DNA from: an uncultured bacterium
Lineage (GTDB): Bacteria > Patescibacteriota > JACMRA01
Reading direction: 5' to 3'
Length of the DNA stretch: 64,000 nucleotides
NCBI GenBank assembly: GCA_963704645.1
Contig: OY969926.1
Coordinates: forward strand, 416,001 to 480,000
A model generated the notes under the pieces. The model made no database searches. It saw only the letters and a program-made list of their open reading frames with translations, and was not told the DNA's origin. Positions within the stretch are counted from its first letter, which is position 1, and every line of letters begins with the position of its first letter. Of this stretch, positions 59,780-64,000 are shown in pieces. Made by a program: the position numbers and the translations under genes.

Positions 59780-60105
59780 GCCTAATAAATTTCTACAAAC
59801 TTCAAGGCTATTGAAAAGTGAGCTGGCAATTTGGCTACATGGTGTAGGGAAGATGTTTACCATCTTCCATGGAAGGCGAAGGAAAAAGGGGTAGTACACA
59901 AACAAATCCCCGCGCATTCACCCCGATGAATTTATCATTACACTTACTCTAGGTACTTTTTATTGCGAGTTATACTTTTAACCAATCTTTTGCCCAAACC
60001 AAAAAAACAAAATACACTACAACACATAAGCAGAAATTCCATTCTGTCTGTAGTTTAAAGTATATTTAAAAATTAATGGTGTAACCATTAAAAACAAAAC
60101 AAATT

Positions 60106-60127
60106 GTAGAGGCGAGCCTGTCTCGCC
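60106..60127 (+). repeat. GTAG-type REP palindrome
   Basis: GTAGA-GGCGAG-CCTGT-CTCGCC. Confidence 0.7.
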
Positions 60128-60181
60128 ATTAAACGTTAAAACCAGGAATAACAAATTCCAAAAAAACAAAAACAATAAAAT

Positions 60182-63100
60182 ATGTCCCAACCAGGTCAAA
60201 TTAATAATTCTAAAATAAAAAAAGAAGAATCTAAATTAGATAACTCTAAGTTAACAGTATCTAATACAGATAACCATCAAATAGTTAAAAACAATAAACC
60301 TACTATAGCAGAGTATCTTCAATCAAAAAAAGGTAAATATTCTTTAATCTCTCTTCTAGTTCTTTCTGTACTTCTTATCTCAGGATTATTTACATATAAC
60401 CTATTAAAACAAGATTCTGATACAGCCAAAGCAGCAAATACAACAGCAACAGCTTTTAACCCTTCAGACTGTGCAACTTATACATCTAATGGAGGTTACA
60501 GTCAGGCTGGAATTTGCTCTGTAAGATTATATGAAAAAAATGGTCAATTATTTAAACAACTAGATGTTTCAATTGGGGAAATAGTTAATAGTAGACTATA
60601 TTACAACAACACTAGCGCTTCTTCTGCAACTAATGTAAACTTAACAGACTCAAAACCTAATTTCCCTTTGGTAGGAGCAATAACTAACAACTATGTAGAT
60701 GCTGCCCCTGTAACTTTAAACCCTAATATTTTTAACGGAAATACATTTTCTATTGCTCCAGGTGCTGGTTACTTTGGTTATGCAGCAGACAACACAGCAA
60801 CTTCTTCTAACCTAGAGATGGGGAAGAAGAAGTATATTAATGGGGTTGGTTGTGCATATGTTAATGGAGGAGGAAGCTCAGGTTACAATGGATACTCCTT
60901 ATTACAAGGATCGAACAGCCCTCTAACAACAGGTAGCTGTGGAGCTGCAGCTAGTGGATATACACTTAGTTCAAGTTCAGTAGATAGTATAGATATTACA
61001 GGAAAAAGATATTTAAACAGTAAATACTGTCAGTATGATGCTAGCGATGGTAGCTACCGATACACTTACTTTAAAATGTATTCTGCAACTAATGCTACAG
61101 GGGTAACTATGCCTGTATGCGCAAATCCTACAAATGGATATTCTCAAACTGGCGAAATTGCTTACAACGGAGACTTACTTGGAAACAAATTTGTAAATGG
61201 AAAAGAATGTGTAAGTACAAGTACTACTCAAGGTTATAGTACATACCAAATGTTTGCTCCAAGCAATGCAACTGGTGTAGACGGAGCTTGTATTGCTACT
61301 ATTCCTAATTATACTATTAGTGCAGGGTATCTTAATAACGTTGACCTCTCCGACACCTCTCGTGGTTACGGTTACATTGCATACAGTATGCAAGTACCTA
61401 GCGATGCAACACCAGGCACAATTTTTACTTCAACTGCGAGTATCAGTTACGATAATACCTCTGGTGGAATTGACCCATTTCATAGTGGAAATAATACAAT
61501 CACACTAGTTTCAACCCCAACTCCAAACATAACCTACATAAAACTATACTCTGTAGACGGAGGAAGTACATGGAGCCCTACAGTATCTGCTAACCCAGGA
61601 CAATCTGTTTTAGTAAGACTATGGAATGAAAATACAGGAGGATTATCTGCAGCAAGTGCTAACATTAAAGATTCTCTTCCAAATACTTTCACATATGTAG
61701 CAGGATCTGCTAAAAACTGTTTAAACCCAAGTACTACAAACCCAACAACTCCAGACAATACAGAACTAGTTTGTGATACTGGAACAGCTGCAAACAAAGA
61801 TACTTTATTCCAAACATTAACTAATGCTTCTGGTGTTTCACCATCTGCAGGTCTTTATGATGCTGCTGGAACCAGTGTGGCAACAGGAGGCACTGCCTTT
61901 AATGCTACTAGTGGAACTAAGGATATTGGGAAGATGAGGTATCTACATGGTATCAACTGTAGAAATGCACAGCTAGAAGCTCAAACCGTAGATATTGCTG
62001 CTAACAATACATCAACTGCATTTACTAGCTATGATTGTGGGCCAGGTACAAGCGTAGGCTATGTATTCCAATATGATACTGTTCAAAGTGGTAATGGAGA
62101 TATGTTAGGTAAAAGATACTTACATGGTATCAACTGTAGAAATGCACAGCTAGAAGCTCAAACCGTAGATATTGCTGCTAACAATACATCAACTGCATTT
62201 ACTAGCTATGATTGTGGGCCAGGTACAAGCGTAGGCTATGTATTCCAATATGATACTGTTCAAAGTGGTAATGGAGATATGTTAGGTAAAAGATACTTAC
62301 ATGGTATCAACTGTAGAAATGCACAGCTAGAAGCTCAAACCGTAGATATTGCTGCTAACAATACATCAACTGCATTTACTAGCTATGATTGTGGGCCAGG
62401 TACAAGCGTAGGCTATGTATTCCAATATGATACTGTTCAAAGTGGTAATGGAGACCTTCTAGACGCCACCCGCTCTAAATCCTACATCCAATACGAAATG
62501 ATTATTCCAGCAGGCACCGCAGGGGGAAACTATGGAACTCAATCTACAATAGCTTCTACAGCCACAACTCCAGAATTTACATCAGTAAACAGTGGAACTA
62601 ATGGAAGCGGAATTACAGTAACAGGAGATCCAGCCTTTAGTGTTAAAAAGTTATTAGCTCTTCCTACTTCAGGAACTGGAGCATCTGCAGTATGTCCAAC
62701 ATCTACTTCAAGTTATTCAACTACATTATCTAATACACCAGCAGGTTCTACAATATGTGTAAGACTTGCTTACCAGAATAAAACTAGTGGAGCAGTAAGT
62801 AATGCAGCTATTACAGATACACTATCATCAGGATTTACTTACATTAATAATACAACTTCTAATTGTTTAACTCCAGCTACAGGAAATGAACTATGTGCTT
62901 CTGATGCTTCTCAAGCTAATACAGCTTGGACAGGAAATAATGGTTGGACAGGTTCTAACTTTGCTCTTGCTCCTCATGCAGGACTTTATGGTCAACCAAG
63001 CACAGGTGCTAGTAGTGTTATGGAAATGGGGAAGAAGAGGTATGCTTGGACACAAAGTTGCACTCAACAGCCATCTAGCAGTAATCAAGAAGTCTTCATA

Positions 63101-64000
63101 CAAGGATTTACAAATGATAACACCAGTATTCAAGATACATGTTTAAGTACTTTAGGAGGATTTTCAACCAGAACTTCTACAGTAGCTATTCCTACTCTAG
63201 GTAATAGATATTATTGGAGCCAATCATGTATTCAACCAACATCATCTCTTCAAGAGTTATTCATCCAAGGAATAATTAATAGCAATGTTAGTATTACTGA
63301 CACATGTGCCACAACTTTAGGTGCTGGTTCAACAAGAAATTCAAGCGTAGCAATTGATGGATTAGGACAAAGATACTTCTGGACAGAAAGCTGTACTCAA
63401 CCAACATCTTCTCAGTTAGAAATATTTGATCAAGGCTTTACCAACACCCCAGCAGGAATTGCAGATACTTGTGTTTCTACTTTAGGTGCTGGCTCAGTAA
63501 GACAGCTTTCTTTACCATTTGACCTCCTAGACCCAAACAACGGAACAGGCTACATTCAATACAAAATGCTAACCCCAACCAGTCCAACAACAACTTCTGT
63601 AACCCTACCAAACGTAAGCCTAAGCGGAGACAACCAAACAACATCAACTTCGCCTGCTACAATAAACTTTGCCACCTCCCCCCTAACAACAGCAGACATC
63701 CCAGGGTTAACAGTAATCTGTGGAGTAGGAGGAACTCCTGGAACAGTAAGAGTAAACACTACAACAACTTGTACCTTCACTCTTCCTACAAACAAAACAT
63801 TACCAAATAACTTCAAACTAGGAATAGGTAATGCAACCCCTGCAGGAACTTGTACTGTAGGAACAGGAATAAACTCTAGTCTAGTAACTTGTATTAACGT
63901 ACCAACAGGAACACTTCTTGGAACACAACCTATCAACGGACAAATTGGAACTGAAACAATAACACCTACAGGAGAAACAGTAAATGTAATAGATTCACTA
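60182..64000 (+). CDS. Large Thr/Ser/Gly-rich surface protein with DUF11-like Ig domains, each carrying a three-fold repeat insert (partial, runs off right edge)
   Basis: Manual translation is open from ATG 60182 to the window end. It has a TM/signal segment (YSLISLLVLSVLLISGLF...AKAA) and three RL.Y/W.N...N..I.D.L..F.Y scaffolds. Absent from the ORF track because there is no stop. Confidence 0.88.
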   Translation, partial: MSQPGQINNSKIKKEESKLDNSKLTVSNTDNHQIVKNNKPTIAEYLQSKKGKYSLISLLVLSVLLISGLFTYNLLKQDSDTAKAANTTATAFNPSDCATYTSNGGYSQAGICSVRLYEKNGQLFKQLDVSIGEIVNSRLYYNNTSASSATNVNLTDSKPNFPLVGAITNNYVDAAPVTLNPNIFNGNTFSIAPGAGYFGYAADNTATSSNLEMGKKKYINGVGCAYVNGGGSSGYNGYSLLQGSNSPLTTGSCGAAASGYTLSSSSVDSIDITGKRYLNSKYCQYDASDGSYRYTYFKMYSATNATGVTMPVCANPTNGYSQTGEIAYNGDLLGNKFVNGKECVSTSTTQGYSTYQMFAPSNATGVDGACIATIPNYTISAGYLNNVDLSDTSRGYGYIAYSMQVPSDATPGTIFTSTASISYDNTSGGIDPFHSGNNTITLVSTPTPNITYIKLYSVDGGSTWSPTVSANPGQSVLVRLWNENTGGLSAASANIKDSLPNTFTYVAGSAKNCLNPSTTNPTTPDNTELVCDTGTAANKDTLFQTLTNASGVSPSAGLYDAAGTSVATGGTAFNATSGTKDIGKMRYLHGINCRNAQLEAQTVDIAANNTSTAFTSYDCGPGTSVGYVFQYDTVQSGNGDMLGKRYLHGINCRNAQLEAQTVDIAANNTSTAFTSYDCGPGTSVGYVFQYDTVQSGNGDMLGKRYLHGINCRNAQLEAQTVDIAANNTSTAFTSYDCGPGTSVGYVFQYDTVQSGNGDLLDATRSKSYIQYEMIIPAGTAGGNYGTQSTIASTATTPEFTSVNSGTNGSGITVTGDPAFSVKKLLALPTSGTGASAVCPTSTSSYSTTLSNTPAGSTICVRLAYQNKTSGAVSNAAITDTLSSGFTYINNTTSNCLTPATGNELCASDASQANTAWTGNNGWTGSNFALAPHAGLYGQPSTGASSVMEMGKKRYAWTQSCTQQPSSSNQEVFIQGFTNDNTSIQDTCLSTLGGFSTRTSTVAIPTLGNRYYWSQSCIQPTSSLQELFIQGIINSNVSITDTCATTLGAGSTRNSSVAIDGLGQRYFWTESCTQPTSSQLEIFDQGFTNTPAGIADTCVSTLGAGSVRQLSLPFDLLDPNNGTGYIQYKMLTPTSPTTTSVTLPNVSLSGDNQTTSTSPATINFATSPLTTADIPGLTVICGVGGTPGTVRVNTTTTCTFTLPTNKTLPNNFKLGIGNATPAGTCTVGTGINSSLVTCINVPTGTLLGTQPINGQIGTETITPTGETVNVIDSL
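61944..62454 (+). repeat. Perfect in-frame tandem repeat, 177-bp (59-aa) unit x about 2.9
   Basis: Identical units start at 61944, 62121 and 62298. Confidence 0.95.

Noticed and set aside
61944-62454. DGR template/variable repeat pair or CRISPR
   Set aside because: The copies are contiguous, in-frame and identical, with no adenine-specific differences; there is no reverse transcriptase in the window.
61175-63936. Several short ORFs listed in the track
   Set aside because: They are alternative-frame or antisense shadows of the single long ORF starting at 60182.

Overview
AT-rich bacterial chromosome segment in the standard genetic code, most consistent with a Patescibacteria/CPR organism (divergent 16S with mismatches at several 'universal' primer sites, CPR-type hypothetical proteins, broken-up core operons). 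The taxonomy is inferred, not database-checked. The window holds a stand-alone 16S rRNA gene, tRNA-Glu and tRNA-Lys, reshuffled translation and transcription genes (rpsI-rpmA; rplJ-rplL-rpsB-rpmG-rpmI-rplT; lone infC, gyrB, rpoC) and repair genes (mutM, xth, ruvC, dprA, N-terminal halves of recG and recJ). It also holds a defence locus (HNH plus a type IIG R-M gene split by a nested AlbA_2/ATPase gene and cut by IS481), HEPN-MNT and frameshifted PemK toxin genes, three IS elements, scattered GTAG-type REP palindromes, and a large surface protein that runs off the right edge. The most unusual signals are: (1) a surface protein whose three Ig-like scaffolds each carry an independently triplicated cassette, one still 100% identical, bounded by conserved G-rich and C-rich DNA flanks; (2) a class of solo orphan genes, several receiver-like, with Shine-Dalgarno motifs and duplicated terminators in a genome whose housekeeping genes lack SD; (3) an unannotated leader-peptide attenuator controlling an unknown CPxY/ADxE enzyme and a Cys-less QueD-like protein; (4) repeated gene fission at domain boundaries.
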